A stretch of 64,000 nucleotides of DNA from Eledone cirrhosa (taxonomy: Eukaryota), in contig OZ024751.1 of assembly GCA_964016885.1 (NCBI GenBank), positions 45,322,001 to 45,386,000 on the forward strand. The letters run 5' to 3'. This document shows positions 40,563 to 54,474 of the stretch, one piece after another. The notes under the pieces are model-generated. The model saw only the letters and a program-made list of their open reading frames with translations. It made no database searches and was not told the DNA's origin. Position 1 is the stretch's first letter. Each line of letters begins with the position of its first letter. Position numbers and translations under genes: made by a program.

Positions 40563-41550
40563 CAGTCTTCTCTCTCACACATTACATCTGATTCCTCTTA
40601 TACCCAGTTCTTCAACCAACAATCATCAGCCATATACATCACATGTCTATACCAGTGCAGTCTTCTCTCTCACACATTACATATGGTTCCTCTTATACCC
40701 AGTTCTTCAACCAACAATCATCATCCATATACATCACATGTCTATACCAGTGCAGTCTTCTCTCTCACACATTACATCTGATTCCTCTTATACCCAGTTC
40801 TTCAACCAACAATCATCAGCCATATACATCACATGTCTATACCAGTGCAGTCTTCTCTCTCACACATTACATCTGATTCCTCTTATACCCAGTTCTTCAA
40901 CCAACAATCATCATCCATACACATCACATGTCTATACCAGTGCAGTCTTCTCTCTCACACATTACATCTGATTCCTCTTATACCCAGTTCTTCAACCAAC
41001 AATCATCATCCATACACATCACATGTCTAAACCAGTGCAGTCTTCTCTCTCACACATTACATATGGTTCCTCTTATACCCAGTTCTTCAACCAACAATCA
41101 TCTTCCATATACATCACATGTCTATACCAGTGCAGTCTTCTCTCTTACACATTACATCTGGTTCCTCTTATACCCAGTTCTTCAACCAACAATCATCATC
41201 CATATACATCACATGTCTAAACCAGTGCAGTCTTCTCTCTTACACATTACATCTGGTTCCTCTTATACCCAGTTCTTCAACCAACAATCATCATCCATAT
41301 ACATCACATGTCTATACCAGTGCAGTCTTCTCTCTCACACATTACATCTGATTCCTCTTATACCCAGTTCTTCAACCAACAATCATCATCCATACACATC
41401 ACATGTCTATACCAGTGCAGTCTTCTCTCTCACACATTACATATGGTTCCTCTTATACCCAGTTCTTTAACCAACAATCATCATCCATATACATCACATG
41501 TCTATACCAGTGCAGTCTTCTCTCTCACACATTACATCTGATTCCTCCTA
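40563..41550 (-). repeat. 95-bp minisatellite (~10.4 copies) derived from RTE coding sequence
   Basis: The reverse complement of the unit reads [30 protein letters not shown], matching [31 protein letters not shown] at 2839-2935. Confidence 0.92.
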
Positions 41551-41596
41551 TAATCATCTGAGAAAACAACAGTAAATCTGTTATAAAGTTACTTAC

Positions 41597-41758
41597 TGGC
41601 AAAGAAGAAAGACTTGATGTCCTTGTGTGACACAGTGGGTTTACCGTTGTGCCACCAGTTTTTTTCAGAGCATCATGATCCATAGCACCATTTATTTCTT
41701 GCTTAGATTTTGCATGTTTTCTTGTAAGAATTTTTACTTCCTCAAAATAATCATGGAA
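41597..41758 (-). CDS. Homer: Homer exon (162 nt; end of EVH1 helix and linker)
   Basis: tttcag|FHDYFEEVKILTRKHAKSKQEINGAMDHDALKKTGGTTVNPLCHTRTSSLSSLP|gtaagt; phase 0-0. Not in the ORF track. Confidence 0.9.
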
Positions 41759-42146
41759 CTGAAATTTAGAAAAACAATTAAAAACAAAAATTAGAAATAA
41801 AAAATATCACTTTATATAAAATTAACCACAGACTGAATTAAAAAAAAATCTACAGAATCATAACTGATGATGATAATATATATATATATATATATATAGC
41901 ACAAAAGCAAAGTAACTATATGCATATATACACATACATTGATAAGAATGCTGTTGAAGTATGCATACATTTTACATATACAAGGGACATCCTGTATATG
42001 TAAATATGTATATACACATATACATTGACCTAACAAAAGATAATTAAAATTGCCAATCAATAATATATTTAAGCTCAATATGTTTATATCATTATAGATA
42101 GAAATAATGTCATACATAGCCGCACATATATATATATATATTCAGC

Positions 42147-42268
42147 GTGAAGGCGTGTGGCGGAGTGGTTAGAGAATTGGATTCGCAATCGTAAGGTTGT
42201 GAGTTCAATTCCTGGACCAGGCGATGCGTTATGTCCTTGAGCAAGACACTTTATTTCACGTTGCTCCT
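42147..42268 (+). mobile_element. SINE 5' part (tRNA head and CORE)
   Basis: tggcggagtggttagag...gagttcaattcc...tccttgagcaagacactttatttcac. Confidence 0.75.
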
Positions 42269-42512
42269 TCTACCTGGAGTTGCGACCGATAGATAGTATT
42301 AGCAATTGGAAAGACCAACGGAAACATTGTTCCCTCAGTCCGATTTGACGAAAGTCGACCGTTCCTCATATATTCAGCAGTAGAAACCATGCTAAATATG
42401 GAATATATGAGCAAGGTTGCTGTGACCCATCTGAGCTTGGACAGTGACGAATTGTTCAACCCAAGCCAGCATGGAAAATGGATATAAAATGATGATAAAA
42501 CCATATATTTAC

Positions 42513-42644
42513 CTGATTGAGTTCTTTTTCTCCACTGAAACCAAGTCCATACACTATATTGGCACTGACATCTGACCATTGGCCAAATTTCTGAGAAGTC
42601 TTTGTAAAAACCATGCTTGCTGTAACTGTACTGTTTACTACAGC
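42513..42644 (-). CDS. Homer: Homer exon (132 nt; EVH1 core)
   Basis: ccag|[44 protein letters not shown]|gtaaat; [11 protein letters not shown] and YGLGF are Homer EVH1 signatures. Confidence 0.98.
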
Positions 42645-43054
42645 CTGGACAAAATAAAGAAAATATTTCAAATCTTTGACAAAATTATTTCAAATTACTG
42701 AGATTTTAAAATTTATAAATTTAACCTTTCATTAACATATTTCCAATGACACCATCTATAATTTTCAAATAATAATTTAAAAGGATTTAGTTATTGTCTG
42801 TAACATTATGTTAAGAAGGGCATCCAGTCGTAGAAACGAAGTCAAGATACAGATCCGTATGAACAAGATGTGATCTTTGGACCTGAATTGTTACATAACA
42901 TAACAACCCGTCTAACCCATGCAAGTATGGAAAGATAAAGACGATGATGATGTCTGAAACTTAAATATTCTTACATAAAGATATAGGAGGTTCTTAGATA
43001 AGTATAAACATTTTAATGTAAACAGTTTTGTATGGTAGAAGCAGGGGTGTTTAT

Positions 43055-43745
43055 AATAATGATAATAATGAAATTATTGTGTAAAGTGTTCAGGTGCACT
43101 ACAACTCGTCAAAGGTGTATGTATAGTACATAGAATAATACACAAATGTCAGGGAAGTGAATAGTGTATGAGTCATGATATACATGTGTGTATGTGTATG
43201 GGGGGGGGGGGCATTAGGTGTAGTGTTGGCGAATCACGGGAAGCATGGAGGCCTTAAAGGATGCAGTGTCTCGACAGCCAACAACCGATGCAGGTAGTTT
43301 GTTTCATGATTCAGCAACTCTGAGCGTGAAAAAATGTCTCCGAAAGTCATGGGAACTGTACTGTTTTCTGACTTTGTTGGCATACCCATGTGTGTTAGAC
43401 ACATGGAAATCAAAAAGGTATTCAGGGTTGTTGTTGGCAAGATGGTTAACAATTTTGTGGGTGTTTACCAAGTCAGTTGCCAGGCGTCGGAGCTTCAATG
43501 TATCCATGCCCAGGGAAGCAAGGCGCTCAGAGTATGGTAGATGCCTGATGGAGAGTATTCGCTTGGTTGCACGTCTCTGAACAGTTTCCAGGTGGTCAAT
43601 GTTCTGAGCAAGATAGGGGTTCCAGACTGGTGATGCAAATTCTAAGTGTGGCCGCACCATAGCCATGTACAGCCTTAAATAGATAGTTGGAGAGCGGCTG
43701 ACAAAGGTCTTGCTGAGTGATGTTAAGACACCCTTGGCTCTTTTG
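43055..43745 (-). mobile_element. CR1-clade LINE 3' end
   Basis: MVRPHLEFASPVWNPY...LETVQRRATK...YSERLASLG...LRR...FFTLRV, followed by a 3' UTR and (ATT)n tail. Confidence 0.9.
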
Positions 43746-46394
43746 AAACATAACTTAAAGGTTCTTACATAAAATTATGATGGAAGCTTTTAGATAAATA
43801 TAAACACTTTTGTGATACAAACAGTTTTGTGACACAAAATTGAGGTCAGTGTCAGGTGGTTTTATACCAAAAGAGTTAAACAATGATTTTTAAAAAAACT
43901 GACACCAGATTCAAAGCAATTTGAAATATTGCACATGCTTCATATGCTATGTAATATTTCCATACATTAACAAAATAAGGACCATTGTTATGATAATCTA
44001 ATTTGACCTAAATATGAAAATGTCATTAAAAAAATAGCCCAGTAGTTTCAGCATTATGAATATTGCATAAAGACAAAAATATGAAGATAAATAAAATATA
44101 TTAAAAAAATCCCTAAAAAAGGGGACTTATTAACCAGCTTGTCTATTGTAATAATATTTTATCCAAAGCATTAAATCCCATTCATAATACACAGAGTATT
44201 AATCTTTTGTGCTTTCTTCAATCAAATCATCTTTCATTACCTTTTGTAACAACAGTTCACATGATAACAATTGACAATAGAGCTTATTTTTATATCAGTC
44301 TTTTAATGAGTGATATTGATCTGGTTTGTTAATTTATGTAAAAGGATAGAGAGCACTCTCGCTTTGGTAGTGCCAAAGACATGACAACCTTCCTAGTACT
44401 GGTGGTACCATGATATTATGCTCAGTGTAATTTGTAGAGATTGGTGATAGGAAGGGTATCCAGCTATAGAAATCTTGCCAAACAAAGAGTTGCAAGGACT
44501 CTTTAGCTGAGTCAACCTTCCTAGTACTGGTGTCAAGATATTACGTACAGTGCAATCTGTAGAGAAGTTGGTGATAGGAAGAAGCCCTATGAGGTGGTGT
44601 GTGTGATGCAGTGGGTGTCGCTGGCTGTTCCCTGCGGCAATACTTCCGTCATCTTGGGAAGAGTACATCCCACATGAGAAAGTAGCACCAGTGAGGTAGA
44701 GTAGCTGTCGCTGGCTGTTCTCTGCAGTAATACTTTCATCATTTTGTTCACAAGACACAGTTGAGATATACCAACTAGAATTGAGGTGCAGAGTCTGTTG
44801 CTCCTTCTCTCTTCCCCTTACTTTCCTTATTTAATTTTTTCTATGTTTATTGCAATCTATATAATCAACCAAACCCACTCCTCCAAAAATTGGTGGCATT
44901 GTGCCTCTGCTAGAATATATATATATAATTTTTACACCTGTTTTTCCATGCTTGCATGGGTTGGACAGCATATGTGTTGTTTTTTCAAGCCTGATGTCCT
45001 TCCTATCACCAACCACTTTACAGTATGGACTGGGTGCATTATATGTGCCACCAACACTAAAAAGATTGTCTTACTGACCTCAAGAGTTCTCTCTCAGAAT
45101 GTCTACCCTCTCCTAGACAGATTGCCTTCACTATGGCCTATAGAGTGCATATTTGCCCTGTATATACATATATATACACATATATATAAAGCAGAAGAGA
45201 AGAGTAATCTATGTCTTAATCTTTTCTATAATTATCTAGAGCCCCCCACCCCATTATCTGAAATAAGAAGAGATTACAATGATTTACTTATAAGTTTATT
45301 GTTTATTTACTTGATGTCTGAGGTTTATCTTGTAGAAATCATTATTGATTTATTTTGATTAAATATGGCGCCAACATTTGTAGTTGGTGGTGATGGTGGG
45401 GGGTGCACAGTTTGTAGAATCAACCAGGTTAATTCTTAACATCAGGCAATGATTGAGCAGAAAATATCTAAAAACAGTGACTGTTGATTCAAATGTTTAT
45501 AGTATCATTACTAGAGGACAGATCATTGTGAAAAATTGTAATATTAGAATAAAGACTTTCATTTTTTAATGTGATATAGTCTCAATGATGTTTTGTACTT
45601 TTCAAGAATGTCTTGCTAATGTGGTTTATGTTGATAGCAGCGTTTCTTAACCAGTGTTCTAGCTTGGAAAATAGACATGATATATTGAACTGTGAGGGCC
45701 TGTCCAACCCACACTGGCTTAGAAAGTAGATATTATATATTGGATTGTGAGGACCTGTCAGATCCATGCTAGTTTGCAAAGTAGACATAATATATTGTTC
45801 TGTGATGACCTGTCCAACCCATGCTAACTTGGAAAATAAGCATATGATGATGATGATTATATTTTTTACTAACATCCACTTCCATTCATGTTTTATATCT
45901 CTCCCACAAATTGTTGGCTCTTATGTCATGTCAATCTAGCAGGGAAAACAAACATTAAATGATGATAATGTCAGTATAAGTATTTCACACCTGACTGCTC
46001 TTAACACTAATCAATCTATTATAAAATAGGAGGTAGTGTGTCCAGTTCAGTGAAGCATGTAATTATATTTTATCTCAGACCATAAACACACATGTTCTCT
46101 TAATTTATAAATTTATTTTCTTTTAATTCAAGGTCTTTTGGTATTTTCTTTATCTAAGGATTATATTTACATTAATACTGGCATGGTTTGAAATGTTATG
46201 CAAATCTTTTGATATTTTGAGAAAGCACAGTTCTGATACTATGGGCATGTGGTTACAATTTATCAGACAGAAAAGATTCGCTGTATAAATTTTATGAGCA
46301 AAAACAACCGGTAGAAGGCCCAGGGGTAGATCCCAAACAAGATAGTTGGATAACATCCATGAGATCAGCTGGTCTCACTTGAGAGTGAACTAAA

Positions 46395-46815
46395 CCTGTT
46401 AACCACACAGCATATAGTTATAAACCAAACCTGTTAACCACACAGCATATAGTTATAAACCAAACCTGTTAACCATACAGCATATAGTTATAAACCAAAC
46501 CTGTAACCACACAGCATATAGTTATAAACCAAACCTGTTAACCATACTGCACATGGTTATAAACCAAACCTACTAACCACACAGCATATGGTTATATAAA
46601 CCAAACCTACTAACCACACAGCACATGGTTATAAACCAAACCTACTAACCACTACTAACCACACAGCATATGGTTATATAAACCAAACCTACTAACCACA
46701 CATCACATGGTTAGATAAACCAAACCTACTAACCACACATCACATGGTTATATAAATCAAACCTACTAACCACACATCACATGGTTAGATAAACCAAACC
46801 TACTAACCACACAGC
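46395..46815. repeat. ~34-bp minisatellite (aaacctgttaaccacacagcatatagttataaacc)
   Basis: About 12 tandem copies with gradual sequence drift. Confidence 0.9.
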
Positions 46816-47174
46816 CATAAAGTGTAGCAGTACAAAAAGTAGGATAAAATGATACATAGTGAAAGATATTTAGTTGTGTGTTGTTACATTGTATGATTTA
46901 TCTTAACCCAGTCACAAGTGATTAACTGAATTAAATTGAGATAAAAATAATAGAAACACCAACAAAATAAATATATAATAAATTGGGAAAAGAGAGAAAG
47001 AAAGAAATGACTAGAAATAGAGAAAGATGTTTTTTAAAACAGGATTTTTATGAAATTAAAGAAGTAAAATAAATAGATGAAGTAAAAATATACTGGAATT
47101 GGTGATTTGTAATTAAATAAAAAAATGTGTCTCTGAGCAATGAAGGGGAAAATTATGTTACTACAAACAACAAC

Positions 47175-47480
47175 AATGGTGATAGTGGTGGTGAAGGCGT
47201 TGATGAAGGGGGTGGCAGTGATGGTGAAGTTGGTAGTGGTGTTGATGATGGCAATGATGGTGAAGATGGTAGTGGTGGTGATGGTGAAGATGGTAGTAGT
47301 GACTGTGATGGTGATAATGATGATGATGGTGGCAGCGACTGTGATGGTCGTGATGGTAGTGGCGACTGTGATGGTGGTGGTGAAGGTTATGAAGGTGGTG
47401 GCAATGATGGTAGTGGTGTTGATGATGGCAAAGATGGTGGCAGTGATGGGGGTTGGGGTGATGGTGAGCATGATGATGAA
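47175..47480. repeat. (GAT/GGT)n trinucleotide low-complexity tract
   Basis: Visible 3-nt periodicity; open in several frames. Confidence 0.85.
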
Positions 47481-47650
47481 AATAAAGAGAATCTTAAAAA
47501 TTGATATATTGATCAGTAAAATATAAAAACAAATGGTTCAGTGTTATAGAGTAAATCATTTAAGTATTTGATTGATTGATTCTTCAAGTTGGATCTTTGA
47601 TCAAGTAGCATTAAAAAGGACAAGACTAATCAAATTTGGAAGTATAATAC

Positions 47651-47694
<44 letters not shown>

Positions 47695-47919
47695 GAGAGA
47701 GTGAGAGAGAGAAAGAGAATGTGTGGGTTTGCGTATGCACATGTGTGTGTATCTGTATGAGACAGTGTATGTGCCAGAGAGACACAATGTTTGTATGTAT
47801 CCATGTAAGTGTGCATGCATGTGTGCGTGTGCACATGATTGAGTATATGTGAGCGTATATGTGAGCATATATGTGTGAGTGCATGAATGTGTGTATGTGC
47901 ACACGTTTTTGAGTGTTTG

Positions 47920-47970
<51 letters not shown>

Positions 47971-48329
47971 CTGTGTGTTTACACGTGTGGTATTGATTAT
48001 AAAGAGACAATAGTAAAAAAAAAAAGAAAGAATTCAATTCTTGTAGAAATGTGAAGTGAATAGAAACAAAAAATGTTTTTCTTTTTATTAAAAACAAACA
48101 AATATAGCTTTACAACTGCTAAACTTAAATATTTGGTGGCTTATAATGCTGTGTGTGTTTGAAGGTGTGTGTATATGTGTGCGTGTGCATATATATATTT
48201 ATGTATGTATGTGTGTATAGATGTATATATGTGTGTGAGTGTATGCGCATATATATGTGTGAGTGTATGCACATATGTGTGTGTATATGTATATATTGTG
48301 TTTAGTATATGTACATTGTATTCTGGCAT

Positions 48330-48560
48330 GTTGCACTGGATATAAGAAGAATCAGATGTAGTGTGTTAGAGAGAAGACTGTGCTGGTATGGACATGTGAT
48401 GTGTATGGACGATGATTGTTGGGTGAAGAATTGATAAAAAAACAGAAAAACAGTGGAAGGAAGCTGCAGCAGGAGATAAAGGAAGACCTGGGCAGAGGTG
48501 GTGAGAACTGGTCTGAAAAATTACTGAAGGTCACAGAGGAGATGACAAAGGACCATAATA
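48330..48560 (+). mobile_element. Degenerate RTE C-terminal fragment
   Basis: ERRLCWYGHVMCMDDDCWVK...KTWAEVV. Confidence 0.7.
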
Positions 48561-49786
48561 AAGGATATTATACTGGAAATGTCAATCTACCACGCTATTT
48601 AGATGGAAAATAATTGTTTCTACTTTTTGGCACAAGGAAAGGGGAAAATTAATTAAATCGACTCCAGGTCATTACTGGTACTTTATTTTACTGACCCTGT
48701 AAGAATGAAAAGCACAGCTATCCTTGGCAGAATTTGAATTCAGAAAGTAAAGGGCAATAACTATATACCGTGAAGAGTGGTGACTGACGCCCTCCCGATT
48801 CAGCCAATGCATCAGCCTATTCAGATGTAAAATAATGATAATGTTTAATGATTATAGGAGACAGGGACTGGCTTATGAACCATTGTGGTGTGGAAACCTT
48901 GAAATAGTTTCTAGATCTGTCACAGACAACTGTTTGGTGGTATTTTGTCATTGTATCTGGCTGGAAGACATGTGGTTACATGTTTAGATAGAGAACACAA
49001 ATGCTCAATCAAAATCCAGTGCAACAGACACACAGACAGACTCTTGTATGCACCATTCTGTCATTGTTTATTCATTGTTCTCGTTCTGCCATTGTATTAT
49101 TTCAAATCACTGTTCTTTGAGTTGGTCAATATCTGATACTTCCATATATGGAAGTTTACTCCTCTACATTCCCCCTCTCTCTGGACAACATTTGAAGGAA
49201 AGGTGAAGTCAATTAAATTGACCACAGTGTATTACTGGTACTTTTTATCGATCCTGTAAGGATGAAATGCTGGATGTGCTCAAGGCAAAAGAACTGTACT
49301 TGACTGTGCAGTGACATCAGGCAATAAAAACAACTAAACAATCAGAATTATTTAATGTTTGTTTTTCTTGTTAGCAAAGGTTGGATGCCAGGATATCACA
49401 AACCAAATCAATACTTAATTGAAGCCACAGATTAACTCTACAGATTGCACTGGATGCATTTTATCATGGCACCAGCACTAAAGAGGTTGTCATGTCCTTG
49501 AGTCAAGCCCTCTCAACCCTTTATTTGGCAGGTTTTCTATGGTTGGATGTCCTTCCTATCACTGACTACTTTACAAAGTGTACTTGGGTGTGTTTATCAT
49601 ATAGGTCACCAACACTAGAGGTAGTTGTGCCCTCCACACAGCTGAAGAGTCCTCTCAACTCTTCAGGGTATAGTTTCTACAGATGGAAGCCCTTCCTAAC
49701 ACCAACAACTTTACAAAGTCACGAGCACTGCCTTTTCAGTCCAGACTAATAAGTTTTAAAAAAAAAATTAATAATAGTCAACTTAC

Positions 49787-49946
49787 TTTAGAGTCTTCAA
49801 CACTAATAATTCGGTACGTGGCCCGGGCATTGTCATAGTAAAAGTGAACTACTGCAGCCGTTTTACTAATTTGGATCCAGTGCTTTTTACTCTCCTGGTC
49901 TCCCATGTGAAATACATGGGCCCTACAGCTGAATAGTGGCTGTTCC
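49787..49946 (-). CDS. Homer: Homer exon 2 (160 nt; EVH1 N-terminal half)
   Basis: ttttag|G-EQPLFSCRAHVFHMGDQESKKHWIQISKTAAVVHFYYDNARATYRIISVEDSK|gtaagt; compare Homer MGEQPIFSTRAHVF...W...YRIIS. The phase-2 start implies an upstream ATG GG exon, which was not located. Confidence 0.96.
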
Positions 49947-50220
49947 CTAAAATAAAATAAAAAATATAGATATATAAACATATATATATACAAGTGGGTA
50001 AAGAGAACTGAATACAGAAAATACAAGCAAATAGTCGGGGGGGTTGAGAGGAAAGAGATATAGGTGTGTGCGTGTGTCATTAAAAAAAACGTGTGGGGCA
50101 TATACAAGAAACAGAAAACTTGGAAGAGACATGCTCATGGACAATTTCCGCTCATTGGCTGTCTTCTTGGGATCGTTGTAGTTTGTATGCTTCCAAGGAC
50201 AGTTTTGTGGGTAGGTAACC

Positions 50221-50302
<82 letters not shown>

Positions 50303-50845
50303 TATTGAAAATATCAAGGTTTTAATTATATATAAGAGACATTGTCTAGGATTTTCAATTAATATTGAAAATAATGAAGAATTTGGAGTTGGGGAGGGAT
50401 TTAGTAATAAAACTAACTTTCTCATTATTAAGCTGGTGTTTGGAACATAACTTAAAGGAACAACAAAAAGTATGATAGGTTTTTTAAAAATAAATATAAA
50501 CCCTTTAAAATAAAGAGTTTTGTGTCAAAACTAGACGTGGTTTCAGGTGGCTTGGTTCTAAAATTGTTAAAGCTGTCTTCCCATCCTTATTTGGCTTTAC
50601 TTCAAATTGTAGAACCTGGGTCAGCTTTGATTGGTTTATGATTGAGGTAACATTTTAAACACCAAGGCATAAATAATTAGAGTTTATACTGAAATGACAT
50701 TTAAAACACTGAATAAAATGAATATATATACAAAGAAAGCAAATTTACATCTCATTTCTTTCTCTATGCATAAAGCATAAATAAACTCATAATATATATA
50801 TGTGCAAACAGACTATCTTAAAGATAGAGCAATCAGCATTAGTGT

Positions 50846-50922
<77 letters not shown>

Positions 50923-53035
50923 TAACAGATTAAAGTTTAAGCAAAGAATCACTGCTTTCACCCTTAACAGGATCTTCTGATATATATATATTATCCTTAT
51001 CGAGCCCTCTTCGGATTTTAGTCTTCACATTATTATTATTACTATATATATATATAGTGATTAATTAATGTTCTCGTTTATAGACACAAAATGCACCCAG
51101 TACACTCTGTAAAGTGGTGGTGCTAGTGATAAAAACAACAACAAAAAAATGCTGACAGGACCTGCTGAAAGGAGTGTTTGAGGACGACTCAGCTCCCACG
51201 ATCCTCTCATGAATAAGTGGGCAAATAAGTCATAAATCAGAGCAGCTATATTTTAATACTAACTTGACTGTTAAGTAATTAATACTGCTTGTTTACCATT
51301 TGTTTATCATCAGTGAACAAATATGCCACACCAGGAAGAACAAGTATCTCATAATTTCTTATCTCATTAAGGAAAGAATCTGTAATTGATGTTAGCTAGG
51401 TGTGGTCTCTTGGTTGTAAAATATTAATTTATGAGAAACATCTTAATTACCTAACACACATAAATTAGTGAGGCTGCTAGCTGGTATCGACAGGTAATAT
51501 GAATGAGTGGAGGAGGTTGTGCTGGTATCAACAAGTAATATGAATAAACGATAAATACTGAGAGGAAGCTGAAATGTTTGTTGTTTAGATACAAATCAAC
51601 CCTAATTAAGACATTTCCAGCCTTGACCATCTCATTTAATTTGTTTTTTCTTGCATATCTAAAACTACATTGACAAGCAATGGGTTCATTGTGTACTCTG
51701 AGGTCAACTTTGTCTTTCAACCTTTCACGGTAGATAAAAAAAAGTACCAGTCAAGTATTGGAAGCAACTCTTCCTCTATATCTCTTTCTTACTTCTACTA
51801 TCTTCTTTCGAAGAAATTGGCCGTTGTTCAGACCTGGAGAGGAGATGGTCTCCAGTAAGTTTAAAATGCCCAATACATGTAAATCACAACACTCCTATGA
51901 TTCCATCAGGAGTTACATGTCTAAACATACCTATATAATTACATTCCTCAGTGTGTCCTTTCATTTTCTAAGATTGCAAGTTGTGATTAGAGGTAAATCT
52001 GGCTACTACAAAATCCATCCAGTACATTCTGTAAAGTGGGAGTGCTGGTACCACAATAAAAAAACACCTTGAACACTCTGTAAAGGGATAGTGCTGTTGC
52101 CACATTAAAATTCAACTAGTACTCTGTAAAGTGGTACCGCTGGTGCCACAATAAAATGCACTCGATATACTCTGTAAAGTGGCAGTGTTGGTGTCAAAAT
52201 AAAATCCATACAGTGATAAGAATTCTAAAATTAATTTAAAGAATTAGTAAAGATTTATTTCAAACTGATAAATATTAATTTTAGGACTGATTTGAAATTA
52301 ACTCACAGAATTGGAATAATTTTAACAAACTAATTAATTTTAATTTTAAAACTGATCTGAAATTAATTTACAGGCTTGGAAAAGCTTTTAAATTAAACTG
52401 ATTAATAAAAAAATAAATGTCCAGCTTTGTCGTCTTTCCTAAACTTAATATTAATTTTAAAAACACTAAACTTATCATCATCATTGTTTTAATGTCCTCT
52501 TTCTCTGCTAGCAAGGGTTGGATAGGTCCACACAGACTAAGTCAGTACTGAAGCGAAGCCACTGATCTCCCAGATAGGCCAGGGATCTGTGTCTTGCTTA
52601 TGTACAGTCACGTATTCCACTGAGTGCACTGGAGAGGTTGTCATGTCTTTGATACAACTGAGGGTCCTCCCGAGCTTTTGTTTGGCAAGATCTCTACAGC
52701 TGGATGCCCTTCCCATTATCCACCACTTTAAAAAGTGTGTGTGTTTTAAGTCCAACAACTATATTCCTTCTTATTAATTCCCCAAAACCATAATTCTGCT
52801 TGAAGACGAAGAGAGCTGGTGAGGACCTTCAGAACAATCTGGCAGGACATTTGAATTCAAAGTAATTCTAAGGTGGAGTTTTGGTACAAGCGTATCACTG
52901 TAAATATTTCTGAATCTAAGGGTGCACCCTTGAAAACGGAGGAAGGGGTGGGATGGAGCAGAGAAAGGGTGAGGGAGTGAAGATGAGTGGGTGAGAGAGA
53001 GAGAGTGAGAGATAGATAGGTAGATAGATAGAAAG

Positions 53036-53117
<82 letters not shown>

Positions 53118-53369
53118 TGAGAGAGAGAGAGAAGTGAAGATAAGAGTCCGTATGAATATGGGAGTGGGAGAGAGAGTGAAGACGTGTGTGTGTGTGTGAG
53201 AGAAGAAAATGAGAGTGAAGGTGAAGATAAGTGTGTGTGTGAGAGAGAATTAACCAGTGGTGTAATGCCAAACCAGAGAAAGCTGATATAGACTTTTGAT
53301 AGTCTACAATCTGGTGTTTTAATCCACTTACATTAGATTTGGTTGGCTTGGTTGTCTTAACAGTGGGTC

Positions 53370-53701
53370 ACATAAACACACATATACACATGCATGTATA
53401 TATACACCCACACACGCACATATACCCCCCCCCTATATATACACACACACGTATATATATATATATACATAGCCACACACACATGTGTATATATACCCCC
53501 CCCCTATATACACACACACGTATATATATATATACATAGCCACACACACACACACACGTGTATATATCTATATGTGTATATATATATGTACATATGTGTG
53601 TATATATATATATATGTACATATGTGTATGTATATATATATATGTACATATGTGTATGTATATATATATATATGTACATATGTGTATATATATATATGTA
53701 C

Positions 53702-53737
<36 letters not shown>

Positions 53738-53851
53738 CCACACACACACGTGTATATATATGTACATATGTGTATATATATATATATGTACATATGTGTA
53801 TGTATATATATATATATGTACATATGTGTATATATATATATATATATGTAC

Positions 53852-53912
<61 letters not shown>

Positions 53913-53975
53913 TATGTGTATGTATATATATATATATATACATATGTGTATATATATATATATATATATGTACAC
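53370..53975. repeat. Compound (TA)n/TGTACATATG microsatellite
   Basis: Visible in the sequence; source of many spurious YI-rich ORFs. Confidence 0.92.
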
Positions 53976-54113
53976 AGCCATACACACAGAAAGAGGAGTA
54001 TGAGACACTATGCTGTATCCTTTATTATCAAACATCTGCAGTTCCTCTTATCAGTACATACCACAGTTTTCTTTTTCAATGAATATACATAAACACACAC
54101 ACACTATATACAT

Positions 54114-54146
<33 letters not shown>

Positions 54147-54474
54147 GAGGCACATAGCACATGGCTTAGTGGTTAGAGCATTGGCCTTGCAATCGAAAGG
54201 TTGTGAGTTCAATTCTCAGACCGGGTGATGTGTTGTTTCCTTGAGCAAGACACTTTATTTCACATTGCTCCAGTTTACTGGGGTCCCTATCATCCCACTG
54301 CAAAGTGGTCGTGGAGGTGCCACGGCAAAAAAAAGCACTCAGCACTCACTGTAAATGAGGTTGGTGTTAGGAAGGGCATCCAGCTGTAGAAATCAAGCCA
54401 GAATCAGTTCCCGTCCCACCCTTGCAAGCAGGGAAAAGCGGATGTAAAATGATGATGATGATGATAATGATGAT
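54147..54474 (+). mobile_element. tRNA-derived CORE-type SINE, near full length
   Basis: A-box tggcttagtgg, B-box gagttcaattc, CORE-like segment, RTE-type tail and (GAT)n. Confidence 0.9.

Noticed and set aside
47127-47504. Gly/Asp-rich 125-aa ORF resembling an acidic matrix protein
   Set aside because: It is a (GAT/GGT)n microsatellite inside Homer intron 2, open in several frames, with no signal peptide or splice support.
52774-52930. Minus-strand exon-like unique sequence after the acceptor ttttcaag
   Set aside because: No convincing donor in a phase compatible with Homer exon 2 and no recognisable peptide; a UTR exon cannot be excluded.
54147-54225. tRNA gene candidates (A and B boxes)
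   Set aside because: They continue into CORE and LINE-tail sequence and are multicopy, so they are SINE heads.
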